64,000 nt of DNA from Stegostoma tigrinum (lineage: Eukaryota), in NCBI RefSeq assembly GCF_030684315.1, contig NC_081360.1, forward strand, positions 10,892,599-10,956,598, given 5' to 3'. A program made the position numbers and the translations under genes. Shown here piece by piece: positions 38,701 to 52,225 of this stretch (position 1 is its first letter; the number at the start of each line of letters is the position of its first letter). The notes beneath the pieces are model-generated. The model was not told the DNA's origin, ran no database searches, and saw only the letters and a program-made list of their open reading frames with translations.

Positions 38701-40687
38701 CTTACTCTGTTCAGTTCTAAAAGATCCTACAGCAGTTACAAGAGCCGTTGTTGCATAGGTTGCTGCCAAACATTATTAAAACCGAGAGGACTATCTTTTT
38801 CTGGGCTATGTTTTATTGCTGCCATTCCCATTCTGTTCTGAGGTGAATGAGTTGAATGCAACATCTGAAACCTACTCCATTTAGAAGCCCTGCCTATTTG
38901 CTTTTGCAAATGAGACAGGGACCCTGTCACTCCTAACTGATTGAATCTACTCATTTTGCAAGAGCTCACTGTCTTCCCCTCAATGGGTCATCAAGATGTA
39001 CAAAGGTAATGTAAAAGGGCAGTGACCCGTATCATTCAACATAGTGATGTCTGGAACTTCGGAAAGGAAAGTAAATGTTCTTATTTTTCATGACCACCGC
39101 ACCCCCTCCAACCAACCCCATTCCTACCAGCCTCTTTATCTAGTTAAGTTAAATATCTTATTCATCTGCTACTTCTGAGTTCTGATAAAGGTCCCAGGCT
39201 TGAACATATGAACCAGTTTTTTTCACTTTATTGATTCTGTTGGAATGCAGAATATCATGATTTTTTAATATTTATTTGTGCTAAAATAAATTGTTGTGCT
39301 ATGCACTTTACATCCACAGGCACAAGGTAATGCATATGAGAAATTTGTCTCATTTTAATGAGCTTTCTTTGATAAGATTCAATGTTGAAACTTGTTAGGG
39401 ACTGTCAATCATTGTGTTATGTTAAACCTGATTTAGGAAGCTAGAACCAGATTTTGGAACTGACATGTAAATATTTTGACAGATAAATGTGTAATATTTA
39501 CTTGATACATCAGCAGATCAGATTGTGAATGATGTTAATGAAGGTATCGCATCGCTACCCAGATGTGCCAGTAAAATGTTTCTGAATATCTATGAATTTC
39601 TGCCAGTGGGGCTCATTTAACTCAGAGCTGGTTTGTACTTCTTTAAGACTCCATGCCAGAAATGTAATATTATTAAATCATAGTATCATTTAACAGAGCC
39701 ACTCAACCAGCCCATCTTTTGAAAGAACTATCCAATTGTTGCTCTGCTGTTGTGTAAGGAGTGGAAAGTGGCAGTGGGGAACTTCAAATTGGTGAATGCT
39801 TGTACACAGTCTTCCATTCTAAGGCTACAGATTGCTGTGGACTATACAATCCTAAGGTTCATGGAATTATCTGCTTTATTAAAATAGTGTCAGAGCAATA
39901 TAAAACAAAAATGGTGATCGTTTCAATTGACTCTGGTGCAAGGGCTAGTGTAGTTCTATTCCCAGCTCCCCACAGTGACTGTTTACAATGTTCGTAAATA
40001 AAGTTCATAAATAAAAATATTTTACCATGTGGAAGTAACATTTGGAGAAACAATGGCCTAGAAGTTAGATTGCATTGTGCCTCTCTTACAAGTATAGACT
40101 TGCAACCATGTTCCTAAAGATCCAATTTAGCAGAAAATAGCTGGAGTTATGGCATCCGTCACATGCATTAAGACTGCATAGTTGGTCCAGGCAACCTCCT
40201 GAAACTGGCATCAGGTTCTCTACACATGCAAACAAAGCGTCTAACACTTGTTTGAGACCATTCCAAATTGTACTGCAGACAATCGCAGCATCTGCACTGA
40301 ATTCTGTGGTTGGTTTCTTGAAGTGCTTAGCTTTCTGCTGTGTGCTAAAATCTGACTTGCTTTTGATCACTGTCTTTTCCCACTTGTCCTACCTTAATTG
40401 GACTCTCTCAAATCCTCTTGCTAACCCCAAAAGGAACAGCAGTGGCTGCCACTGGAGATGTAAATGATACATGTAGCTGGGCTGCTGTTCTTCTACTGAT
40501 GTGCCTTACGTGCATTGAGTACTTGCAATGTTCCGTCTGCTAGGATCTCACCTTGATTCGAGTCAATTTCTTGGCTGCTACAGTTGTAAATAAGGAAAAG
40601 TACCTTTTAGGAAGACGTAATGAGACAATAATTTCTGTGCTAATTTTGAACATTCTCTGCAGAAGTCCAGAAGATACAAAGCTAAAA

Positions 40688-41592
40688 AGACAAGGGTGGG
40701 GTGGGAAAAATTTTCCTTGTCTGCCTTCCGAAGAGACCACTCTGTCCGCGACTCCCCTGTCTGCTCCATACTCCCCTCCAACCCCACCACACCTGGCACT
40801 TTCCCCTGCAACCACAGGAAGTGCTACACCTGCCCCCACACCTCCTCCCTCAACCCCATCCCAGACCCCAAGATGACTTTCCACATCAAGCAGATGTTCA
40901 CCTGCACATCTGCCAATGTGGTATACTGCATCCACTGTACACGGTGTGGCCACCTCTACATTGGGGAAACCAAGCGGAGGCTTGGGGACCACTTTGCAGA
41001 ACACCTACGCTCAGTTCTCAGTAAACAACTGCACTGCCCAGTCGGGAACCATTTCAACTCCCCCTTCCATTCCTTAGACTACATGTCCATCCTGGGCCTC
41101 TTGCAGTGCCATAATGATGCCACCCGTAGGTTGCAGGAACAGCAACTCATATTCCGCTTGGGAACCCTGCAGCCCAATGTGTCAATGTGGATTTCACAAG
41201 CTTCAAAATCTCTCCTCCCCCCACTGCATCCCAAAACCAGCCCAGCTCGTCCCCGCCTGCCTAACCTGTTCTTCCTCTCACCTATTCCCTCCTCCCACTT
41301 CAAGCCGCACCTCCATTTCCTACCTACTAACCTCATCCCGTCCCCTTGACCTGCCCATCCTCCCCAGACTGACCTATCCCCTCCCTACCTCCCCACCGAT
41401 ATTCTCCTCTCCACCTATCTTCTCCTCTATCTATCTTCAGTCCGCCTACCCCTCTCTCCCTACTTATTTCAGAATCCTCTCCCCATCCCCCTTTTCTGAT
41501 GAAGGGTCTAGGCCTGAAACATCAGCTTTTGTGCTCCTGAGATGCTGCTTGGCCTGCTGTGTTCATCCAGCTCCACACTTGGTTATCTTGGA
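40688..41592 (+). mobile_element. 5'-truncated Penelope-like element (GIY-YIG and terminus) with a short inverted 5' segment
   Basis: ORF 40696-41349 has CNHRKCYTC...NVVYCIHCTRCGHLYIGETKRRLGDHFAEH. Hammerhead motif at 41496-41523. Confidence 0.92.
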
Positions 41593-41599
41593 TTGTCCA

Positions 41600-42390
41600 G
41601 TAATAATGGTCCATTATTAAGGATGAGTTGCAGAGTACTTGCAAGTACATGGTAAAATAGGGTTGAGTCAGCATGGCTTTGTCAAGGGGTGCTCATGCCT
41701 AACAAATCTGTTAGAATTCTTGAGGAGGTAATGAGCAAGTTAGATAAAGAAAGCCAATGGATGTGACCTATTTGGATTTTCAGAAGGCCTTTGACAAGGT
41801 GCCTCACAGGAGTAAATATGACAAGAGACCATTGTTTTTGGGACTGGGTACTCCATGGATAGAAGATTGGCAGAGAGTGGGGATAAAGGGGTCTTTTTCA
41901 GGACAGAAGCTGGTGACTAATGGAGTTCCATGGGAGTCAGTATTGGCACCACAGTTATTCACGTTACATATTTATCTGGATGAAGGAACTGAAAGCATTA
42001 TTGATAAGTTTATAGATGGCACAGATAGGTGGAAAGACAGGTAATGTTAAGGAAATGGGAAGGCTGCAGAAGGACTTGGACAGGCTAGAAGAGTAGGCAA
42101 ATAGTGGTAGATAAAATACAATGTAGGAAAGTGTGAAGTTATACACTTGGTATGAAGAATAAAGACATTGACTATTTTCTAAAAGGGGATAGGCTCCGGA
42201 AATCTGCAGTACAAAGGGAATTTGGAGTCCTGGTTTAGGAATCTCTTATGGTTAACTTAAAAGTCCTGTTCACAGTTATGAAGGCAAATGCAATGTTAGC
42301 AATCGTTTCAAGAGGGCTAAAATGTAAGAGCAAGGATGTACTACCGAGGCTGTATAATGCTCTGATCAAACCATATTTGGAATACTGTGA
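41600..42390 (+). mobile_element. CR1 RT fragment
   Basis: QHGFVKGCSCLTNLLEF, DVTYLDFQKAFDKVPH and LIKPYLEYC. Confidence 0.8.
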
Positions 42391-42537
42391 TGAAAAGAAT
42401 ACTTATTATTTCACATTAGAATCCATCATTAAATAAATATCTAAAAAGTATGTAACACATTAGTCCCATGACTTGTTTGAAAACAGAAGTGTTCGAGGCC
42501 AGACATTATCTCACAAACTAGTGTGTACTGTCCATCT

Positions 42538-42726
42538 AAGTGTGAAGCTGGATGAACAGAGCAGGCCAAGCAGCATCTCAGGAGCACAAAAGCTGACGTT
42601 TCGGGAAGGGTCTAGGCCCAAAACACCAACTTTTGTGCTCCTGAGATGCTGCTTGGCCTGCTGTGTTCATCCAGCTTCACACTTTGTTATCTTGGATTCT
42701 CCAGCATCTGCAGTTCCCATTATCTC
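42538..42726. mobile_element. Fold-back Penelope-terminus mini-element with 14-bp TSD
   Basis: aagtgtgaagctggatg...acgtttcggg pairs with cccaaaac...ccagcttcacactt. TSD tgtactgtccatct (42524-42537) / tgtactatccatct (42727-42740). Confidence 0.88.
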
Positions 42727-43725
42727 TGTACTATCCATCTGTACCCTTATCTTCAAATAAAGAACCCACATTATCGTTTCAAAGGTCCTTATACACAAAC
42801 ATACCAATGATACCTAATAGCAGAAAAATGTAACATGGTGTCTATTAGTGCTAGCATGGTTTTGAAGATTTCATTGCAAAATACACAGATGTCAATCATT
42901 CATGTATGAAAGAAAGAAGACTTGATGTGAAAGTGCAACAACTATCAAAAGACATTGCGTGTAATGATTCTGCAGCTTTTTTGGAATTCTACACACCATA
43001 CTTATGATCTGGGATTGCATCTCTCTCCAGACAGCAATCATTGAGCCTTGCTAAGATTTTTAGTTAAAGTCTGGCTGCTTTAAAGGCTAAACAGGAACAT
43101 AACAACAGGCTACAGACGCTCTTACTATATGTAGTATTTCAGAAAATATCTCTCATTGCTGACTATCCTTCCAGGAGGTCAGGTAAAGAAAAGGTACTAT
43201 CTGGGATAGAATCTATCTGGGAAGAAGAATCTATGCATTAAAAGCTCCTAACAGCTAAAACAAACTTATTTTTTTTCCTCAGTTTGCTTTGACTTTAGAA
43301 CTATAGACTGTACTGCCTGCATTGCTGATTAAGTTTGCATTAGATATTGTGCCAGTGATGGAATAATTTATGAATAGCCTGTAGACTGTGTCTACCCATT
43401 TTTAAGGCTTTAAACTTGCAACTACTTCATTATAATTATTCTATGGTGTAACATTTGGGTTGGACCAAGAAGTTTTTTTGATATGCTTTTATTGGGGTGG
43501 AGGCTAACAGGAGTTTGATTATGTTGCAGACTTGTTCAACTGCAATGAAGTCATAATCGCACTCCTTGTCACTGCATCTGCTTATGAATTGGTCAGTGGT
43601 CTCTGTTGGATTTCACATCCAAACTGTATTCTGAAGTTGAGATTCATTTATAGTTCATCTTCAAGTCTTGAGAATCTTTCACCTGGACTTTTAAGATGAT
43701 TGAACAAAACGTGAAGGCTCTCACT

Positions 43726-44040
43726 GATTAGATTCCCTACAGTGTGGAAACAGGCCCTTTGGCCCAACAAGTCCACACTGCCCCTTGGAGCATTCCACCC
43801 AGACCCATACCCTTATAACCCACACACCCCTGAACACTACGGGAAATTTAGCATGGCCGATCCACCTAGCCTGCACAGCTTTGGATTGTGGGAGGAAACC
43901 GGAGCACCTGGAGGAAACCCACGCAGACACGGGGAGAATGTGCAAACACCACATAGACAGATACCCAAGGCTGGAATCGAACCTAGGTCCCTGGCGTTGT
44001 GAGGCTGCAGTGCATACCACTGAGCCACCGTGCCACTGCC
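43726..44040 (-). mobile_element. HE1-like SINE
   Basis: Reverse complement of the 7816/34349 copies. Confidence 0.9.
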
Positions 44041-44400
44041 TGCAGAAATTTTAGTTTCTTTTCCTTGCCTTATTTGGAAACATTGAGGTACAGAAAACAT
44101 AGCTCTTCACAATGTCAGAACGCAATAAATTCATATAGAAGACCTATTGCTTTCCAATTGAAATTTTATGGTACCTGTTAGCTTTTTGCAGGATTTCAAA
44201 TGCTATCTGACACTAATAATGTTCCTTCAGTAAATTTCATCAAGGTCTTTTGGGGTTAATTTTCCCCGAATTTGTACCCTTAGAGATCACTGCCTTAGCT
44301 GAATATTTTGCTGCCTGAGGGCAATTTTAATACTCGACAGCTTGCTGATTTTTGCCGGGGTTAGGAAAAATGGCTGCAGGATTTCTAACTTCCACCAGTT

Positions 44401-44662
44401 GGGACAGCATGGTCGCTAAATAGTTAGCACTGCTGGTTCACATTGCCAGGAACTTGGTTTGGTTCCACCCTCAGGCTACTGTCTGTGTGGAAGTTGCACA
44501 TTCTTCCTCCGTCTGCATGGTTCCCACTGGATGCTCCAAGGATGTACAAGGTAGGTGGATTGGCCATGCTAAATTGCCCACAGTGTTCAGGGATGCTCTT
44601 CAAGGGTTGGTGTCAACTCGTTGGGCAGAATGGCCTGTTTCCTCAGTGTACGGATTCCATGG
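44401..44662 (+). mobile_element. Degenerate HE1-like SINE
   Basis: ctgtctgtgtggaagttgcacattc...ggtggattggccatgctaaattgcc core. Confidence 0.75.
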
Positions 44663-44769
44663 AATAGAGACTTCCAGTGAAACTTTATATATATTCTTAA
44701 GTCAAATGAAGAACCAGCAACATTAACTCACTAATCATTATGTATGATTGGTACGCTTACATGTAAAAG

Positions 44770-45160
44770 AAGAATGTAACATCGACCATGAGTAACATTC
44801 TTGTCTTTGAGCCAGAAAGCTGTGATCTCAAGCATTTAAGCAGAACATCAAAGTAATGTTATAGTGTCGTCCTGGCAGCATACCATGATTGAACGTCCTA
44901 ACTTTTGGGTGACTTGTTGAACTGAGGCCTCAGATGGGACTGAAATGTCTCAGAACAGTTACTAGAAGAAAATGACTTCTCCTTGCCAATATTTATCAAT
45001 AAAAGAGATGATTTGGTCATTATTTCATTGTTACATATGACATCTTGCTGTACACAAATTGGCTGCAGCATTTCCTGCATTACATCAGTGACCCTGCTTC
45101 ACAGAAATGCCATTGACTGGAAAGCACTCTGCGATGTTCTAAAGTCTTTCTTATTTATAT
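44770..45160 (+). mobile_element. DeuSINE (SacSINE1/AmnSINE1-like) with Deu domain
   Basis: tggtcattatttcattgtt...cttgctgtacacaaattggctgcagcatttcctgcattacatcagtgac...cattgactggaaagcactctgcgatg resembles the DeuSINE core and tail as I recall them. Confidence 0.65.
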
Positions 45161-47352
45161 CATTGGAATGAATTCAGAGAATAATAACAAGGATGACTTA
45201 TGTCATTTGTTCAGAGAAAGATAAAGAGGAGATATTCATGTTTTTAACATGCTCAAGTGAAGCAGATGATGTAGATTTAAATCCCATTTTTAAATTTGGA
45301 CTGTGTGTAAAGTACTAGAGGGCACAATACACTTCAAGCAGTACATCAACAAAGGGGAAGCTTGACACTTGGAGCAATGGATATGCAAAATAGGCTCACA
45401 ACTGAAGTAATTAATGCTATACAAGTTCACTTCCTCTCTAGATAACATACTTACTTATTTGAAGTTCATCGAACTGTAGATTACACCGTGATCTTACAAT
45501 GGGCGGAGTGAGAAAGCATATTCCAAATTTATCTCAACAGCATAAGGAATTGAACCCTGGTATGTTATTGGAAGTCACATGCTTTCTGTCCAACTAATTA
45601 AGCTAACTGGCCCCAGCTGTGCCAGTTAATCCTGTTTAAAAAATGCAAAATGTATATTTGTTTCTGAATGCATTTGACAGTTAAGAACAGAAAGGCTAGA
45701 AATGATCAAATGCTGTGTTTAATCATTAAATGTTTCCAATGGCAGCTGTATTTTGATGCAAAATGCACTTTAAAGTCATTACTTGTATGTGAAGCATTTT
45801 TGTCCATTTAATTAATTTTGATATTACGTTGGTTTTTTTGTTGAATTAAATTCTTGTTTCCACATTTTGATGCTGTCATCCTGGGAGTAAGAGAAAGAGT
45901 CGTAGGGAACTTTGTCAGTGTAAAGGGAGGTACTAGAATAGACACCAATTAGACTTCTCTTTCCACTATTGGTACTATCAAAGTCAATGAAATGGAAAGT
46001 AGAGAGTGATTTTAGCTGCCTGTTTCTTCAACATTTTCATTGCAGCCTCGGTGTCCCTGAAGGGTTTACTATGTATAGTCATGAGCCATCCTGCACTTGA
46101 AACTGTTGTCACAATGAAAATTAAAGGGATTTTGCACAGAATATGCTTCCAATATATCTAGCGTAATACATTACATATTCAGTCACAAGACCTCAACGTC
46201 TCAATGTGCTTGCTGGACAAGATAATGAATGCAGATGCATCCAGATGAACTCAAACTTGTCAAACTTGATTCCCCTGACTCATTTTGAGCAAGCTACAGT
46301 GGAACAAGTTGAGGAATTTCCTCTTGAAATCTCTCAAATTCACACTCTTCCATTCACTCAAAAATTCCTCAAAAAATGTTATCTCTTTGAACATTGTTTT
46401 GGTCACCATATGTGGCTCAGTGTCAGGTTTTATGTCTGGTAATATTCTACAAAGCTTGAAACCTTTATCTACATTAAAGGTGCAACATTAGTATTTTGAA
46501 ATGTATGTTAAAGTTGCATATTAACGCAAGCCTATCATTTGATGTTTGAGAAAAGAAGTTCAGTAATGTGGAATACAAGTTTAAATAGATATTTTACAAA
46601 ATAACAGCATTGAGCAGAAGAAAACTTTGACTTCAGCCAGTCCACAATTCACAGTATTTCTTGGTGCATTTCAAATAACTTCAAACTTCATTCATCAACA
46701 AATTACTTCTTTATTCATTCTTGATGTCCATGAATGTCTACTGATACATTGAATCAGTACATAAATCACAGTATAAGAGGGTTACCAATTTCAGTTTTTT
46801 TGGGGCCTATATAAAGAACCTGGAGAAAACATTCCCATTCTTCCTAACCTACAAACAGTGTTATAATTATATAGATCTGACCCTCTCAATTCTTTTAAAA
46901 TTCATGTTAAAATAGTGTCACATATCCCACCAGCCCACTTCCACCAGATAATTGATTGGTCATGAACACCTTGCCATACCACAAAAAAAGTAGAGGTGGA
47001 TGAGTTAGTAGGGAAATTCGGTCAATGTTTGAAAATGTTACCCTTTTCTTACTCCCTACCCACATGAAACTGTCACATTTATTTTGAAATGTAAAATGGA
47101 TAGATATGGACAGGATAGTTTGCAGCCACTAAGGGAATCTTAATAAGAAGACAATATTCTGACAGTCACTAGACTTGAAGCATTAGCTGCATTTCTGACT
47201 GCAGATACTGCCAGACCTGCGGCCTGTTTGTCCAGCAGTCTGTGTACTTGTTAATGAGAAGAGAATTTTGTCTTAAACGTGATGTTATTACATGTTTGCA
47301 ATTATGTACAAAATTACATTATTAAGTTAAAGATTGTTACCAAGACAATGAG

Positions 47353-48040
47353 TGTAATATTTGTAACAAGGTCACTCAAGTGAACCTCATAGAATATGAG
47401 TTCTGCGATTGGCAATGTTAATTTGGTCCAATCAGGGAACCTTGCCTGACAGATGTAAGCTGGAGTGTCAGAGGTCTTGTTTGCTTTGAGAGCTAAATCT
47501 AAGGGAGCAGGATTGTGTTAAGGACTAGTCACATGTTAATAAAAGGTGACTTGGTGACGAGAAACCAGCCTCTATATAGTTACTTCAGCAGTGACGAGAG
47601 AAAAACGCACTCGTGAAGATGTTCACTTTGAGTTGGGGTAAGCAATTCTGACATGATACTATTATTTAAGAAATTAGACTCATTCAATCCTGCTGTTGAA
47701 GATTGGACCCATTATTTGGAAAGAATGTCTTATTTTTCCAGGCAAATGACATGGCAGGTGAAAAGTAATAAGTAATTCTCCTGATAGCTTGTCGACTGCG
47801 GCTGTTTTGGTTATTACGTGCCTAACTTTCTTTGAGGAACCAGATACTACAGCCTTTATGACTTGATAGATTTAGTTAAGGAATATTACAACCTCAAACC
47901 ACCTCTAGTTCTATTTTACCCAGCAATTTGAGAACCAGGGGAATCTATATCGGGATTTTTGACTTGTTTAAGATGACTGGCAGAGGAATGTGACTCTGGT
48001 CTGATCCTTAACGAGATGCTGAAAGATCATTTGGCATGTG
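47353..48040 (+). mobile_element. Gypsy element 5' end: LTR (47353-47587), degenerate PBS and start of gag
   Basis: TG...CA LTR homologous to 59755-59966 and 60777-61010. gcagtgacgagag is a degenerate TGGCGACGAG-type PBS. gag reads KLDSFNPAVEDWTHYLERMSYF...EPGESISGFLTCLR*LAEECDSG..LNEMLKD. Confidence 0.8.
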
Positions 48041-48043
48041 GCA

Positions 48044-48137
48044 CTCTCTGATGAAGGGTCTAGGCCCGAAACGTCAGCTTTTGTGCTCCTGAGATGCTGC
48101 TTGGCCTGTGTGTTCATCCAGCTTCACACTTTATTAA
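48044..48137 (+). mobile_element. Penelope terminal piece with intact hammerhead core (48048-48075)
   Basis: CTGATGA-a-GGGTCtaGGCCC-GAAA-C-GTC followed by the family terminus. Confidence 0.8.
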
Positions 48138-50220
48138 CTATATTTTTGCATTGTTCCTGGCAATGGCTCTTGAGGGGAATGGTTGGTGGTATTCTTGATC
48201 ACTTGATCTTCCCTGGACCTCTGTGGAGTTCCCTTTAGCATGGGTTTTGCACTTGAGGATTGATACCTCCTAGGGCAACTGAATAGCATTAAGTAAGTCA
48301 GAACTTCATTTCCATTTTTGATGGGTGTTCTGGGTGCTATAAGAAACCCACCTTTCAGCTATGAGAGGCCAAAGTGATAGGCCACTCCAAAAGCATATCC
48401 AGAGTCTGTGTAAATATTGGCTTTCTTCCCCTTAGCTAGCTTACATGCCCCCATCGGAGTTCTTAATTCAGCCTGCTATACTGATGTACCAGATGGGATG
48501 CTACCCTGGGCAAGTGTTTCATGTGGTCTTGTTACTGCCAACACAGCCGTACAGATCCAATTTTTTGCAAAGGAGGGCCCATCCATAAAAAGGATCAGGT
48601 CTGGATTCTGCAGGATTCCTCGGATGCCCAGGTGGCTTCATCAAGCTGCAGCAATATTTCAATTTAACATGCTCCCCGTGCTCCCCCTCCTCCCCACTTT
48701 CATCTAACGATACGGGCAACAGTGGCGGAAAAATATGACTAAGATGGATTAGGTGAATATTCAGGGCCTCTAAGACGTCCAGCAGATCCACCAGGCAGCA
48801 GTAACATGAGAGATGCAATACATGGAGAGCATGGCATGGACAGTGTGAGGGCACTTGACAACCAACTTTTGGTCAAGGACAATAGGAGCAGTTACCCTAA
48901 CACCACGACAAGTACATTCCGTAGCCCATAAACAGCTGCCCCAATCCAGAGACACAGGATCCAGGCAAGCAGAGTCGTATCCGTTGAGATGCTGCCTGTT
49001 ATCGTACTCTTGTGTTGGAACAGTTTTCATGCCATCCTGCTCATGGACATGGAGAGTAAAGGGGCACAAAACCAGGCCAGAACATAGAACAGATTTTACA
49101 GCCTGGAACTAGAGCACTGTTCATGGGAGAAAATAACAGAGTCCCAAGAGTTTTTAGAACTCTTAAGGAGATCAGAGAAAGGTTGCACAAGTTGAGAGTA
49201 ACTGTCAGTCCGAGATCTATTAAAATTACAAAGGCCCAAAAAGGATCTTGGGTCTCAGATGGTGGTGGGCTCCTTCATGGAGCGAATGACAGCAGTTCTG
49301 TCCTGAGTAATTTCACATTTGCCAGAGAAGATTTTCTGCCCCAGATAGATGACCTTGCGCTGCACAAGTCAGGCTTTGTGACCTCTAGAATTTATGTGGT
49401 CAAGGAGGGGGCAGAGATCCTGTTTCTGTTGTTCCACTGTGGGAGAGGACATCAGGATGTCATCAACATATTGGATAACGGTAGAGTCCTTAGGACAGAT
49501 CCCCTGCAGATGTTGCTGTACAGCCACATGAATAATAGTTAGACTGCTGCAAAAACCCTGGGGCAGGCTTGTCCAGATGTATTGCTGGCGCTGAATAGTG
49601 AAGGCAAACCAAGGCTGTACCTCAAGGGTGACGGGAACCAACCAAAAACATTTGCCTTATCGATAATAGAGAAAAATTTGTGGTTCGGCGAGAGGTCTTT
49701 AAGAATGGTGGAGGCGTCAGCCACAAGTGGTGGTTTCTGATTTATACATTGATTAGCTTTACAATAGTTGACAGTCAATTGCCAGGAGCCATCAGGTTTC
49801 TTACCAGGCCAAACAGGACTATTAGATGAACTGTGGGTTTTGACAAGGTACCCTGCTGTTCCACGCGTTGGATGACAGGAAGAATGCCAATGATTGAGGC
49901 CAGGCTGATGGGGTATTGCTTAATGCATGGAAGTGCAACCCCCATAAAGGAACAGGAGGCATCTACAAAAGGCCGCAGCCATTCTTAGATTTAACCCCGA
50001 TGGCGTGGTTGTGCCATTCTTCAAGGGACAGTTGTCAGATGGACCAGGTTGTGTGGCCATCGTCAAAATGGATAGATAAATTTATCTGTGTAAGGACATC
50101 CATTGCTAAGAAGGCCTGTTGGACCAGGCCAATGCACAAGGGAGTGACAGTTTCATTAGGGCCCATCTGACCAGGGCAGGTATGGCCTTAGACTTGCGGA
50201 GTCTGTCCCTGCCAGGGCTA

Positions 50221-50465
50221 ACAGTCACTCTGATCCCTCAATCCCAGTTCAAATGAGGTGCTTCAAATGCAAAATGGAGATATGTAAATTTGGCCCATGT
50301 GACAGTCACTCTGATCCCTAAATCCCAGTTCAAATGAGGTGCTTCAAATGCAAAATGGAGATATGTAAATTTGGCCCATGTGACAGTCACTCTGATCCCT
50401 AAATCCCAGTTCAAATGAGGTGCTTCAAATGCAAAATGGAGATATGTAAATTTGGCCCATGTGAC
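50221..50465. repeat. Tandem repeat, 3 x 81 bp
   Basis: Units start at 50221, 50302 and 50383. The only difference seen is ccctca versus ccctaa. Confidence 0.97.
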
Positions 50466-52207
50466 GAGGAAACAATCAATTCCTCTACCTCCTGCTCCCA
50501 CTCATACATAGTAGCCATCACTCCGTTCTTCTAAGGCTGCATATAGAGGGGCCAAGAGGGAGAGGGAGGGTGGCTCCGGTCTTTTGTGAGATCCATCTGC
50601 TGTTTCAGCTGATCACTGGAGCAGTCTTTGAAGTCGTTTCTGCAACGTCATGGAATTCCAACCACAGGGGTTTTGGGAGGGGCACCCCCTTTGGAAACCT
50701 TCCATTCTGTCTGCAATTCATTCCCCAGTGGCCACCATGGCTGCATTTAAAACACCATCAGGGGCATTTATCAGGATTGTTCTCAGGTATAGGGGAGGGT
50801 GCTGCTGCTCGCATAACACACATATTTGGATTCCATATATCTTTCCAAGTGACTGGCTTCATTAATCAAGAAGGCTAAATCATGTCCCAACTCATACTTA
50901 CAGTCTCTATGTTGTTGATTAAGTATTTTGGAAAGTTTAAGCTTCAAGCCAGCTACAAAGGCTGCTTTGATGGAAGCGTATGCTTGCTCCTCTCCTTCCT
51001 CTGGAGTCTCTTTGTGGGCCAAGCCCAAATGTTCAATCCAGGTATCAATAAATCTTTGAGCAAAATTTCTCACATCCTCTGAGCCTTTTTGTTGGCAAGA
51101 TGATATTTTTGTCCAGTCAGTTTTAGGTGGACAATATTCATGTAGCCAATCACAGAGGGCTTCCCATCCCTTATCCAAATCTTGGTCATTTTGTCCCAGC
51201 CTGTCCTTCACCTTTCTAAGCAGTCTTGCTCCAACAGTGGAGCCTTCCATGGCTGTAAGAATTTGGATCCCATCAAATGGATGGAGACGGTAAATGTTTT
51301 TGAATTTCTCCAATTCTGACCATGCCTTGTGACCTTTTTTTGGTGATGGCAGTTCTTTCGAACATTGTTTGCCAATTTGGGATTGGGAGGTTCATGGAGG
51401 CCCAGTACCTAAAATCATAAGGGGTTTTGCTTGTCAGTTTGTCATCTACCAGTTTCCATGTAACCTTTAGTCTGCTGATATCGGACCGTTCGCATCTGGC
51501 TGAGGGTTCCTGTCCTCCTTCCTTTTCAAAGTTGACTTTGAAACAGGACCTATTGGGGCGTTGTGTCCACTTGGGGAATGTTTATAGAGTGGAGGTCTGC
51601 AAATAAGGCTAGGATATGGGCCTTCACCTGATTTAAGGTGTTCTATTTCCTTTAATGCTTTTCTCAGTTCTTCGTTCATTTTTAATTCACTACAGATATC
51701 CTGGCTTCCTGTCTTTATCTTAGTTGTTACATGGCACACAGGGACCAAAGGATTTGTTTTTTTATCCCTGAGTCGGGTTGTTTCTCCCCAGACTTGTTTT
51801 ATATCGTCCAGAGACCATTATCTCATGGAGGCTCCATATTTCTTTGAGATTTCCTTTAAGGTTGAAGAGAGGGCGAATTGTTCAATTTTTTTTTTGTTTC
51901 TGTAAAAGTTCCCTTTCCAATGTATCCAGCAGTGCTTGCCCACCTTTTACTGTGTTGGTAGTTTCTTGGCCATTATTACCACTCTCTTATGTCTCTCAGC
52001 TGTGAAATATTATAGATAATTTTTATTAAATTACTGACAGGGACATCTCCCTTTAAGTAGAGTTCACTGGGAATAGATTCAGGTTTTATCTCTGATCATA
52101 TTGGATGGTATTTTCCAAAGAAAAAGGGTCTGGCCGTCACCCGCAGTCTTTTAGAAAAGAGAAGTTCTTACCTCACTGTTGAGTGAAGCAATGACACTGG
52201 AAAGTGG

Positions 52208-52225
52208 ATCCTGCCACCTACGCCA
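52208..52225 (-). other. Primer-binding site, tRNA-Ser type
   Basis: TGGCGTAGGTGGCAGGAT lies 3 nt after the LTR end. It is 16/18 identical to TGGCGTAGTCGGCAGGAT, the complement of the vertebrate tRNA-Ser 3' end. Confidence 0.8.

Noticed and set aside
39181-39215. Hammerhead-like tctgataaaggtcccaggcttgaac
   Set aside because: Both core boxes are mutated; at most a dead Penelope terminus.
50221-50465. CRISPR-like array
   Set aside because: The units are contiguous with no unique spacers, there are no cas genes, and the context is eukaryotic.
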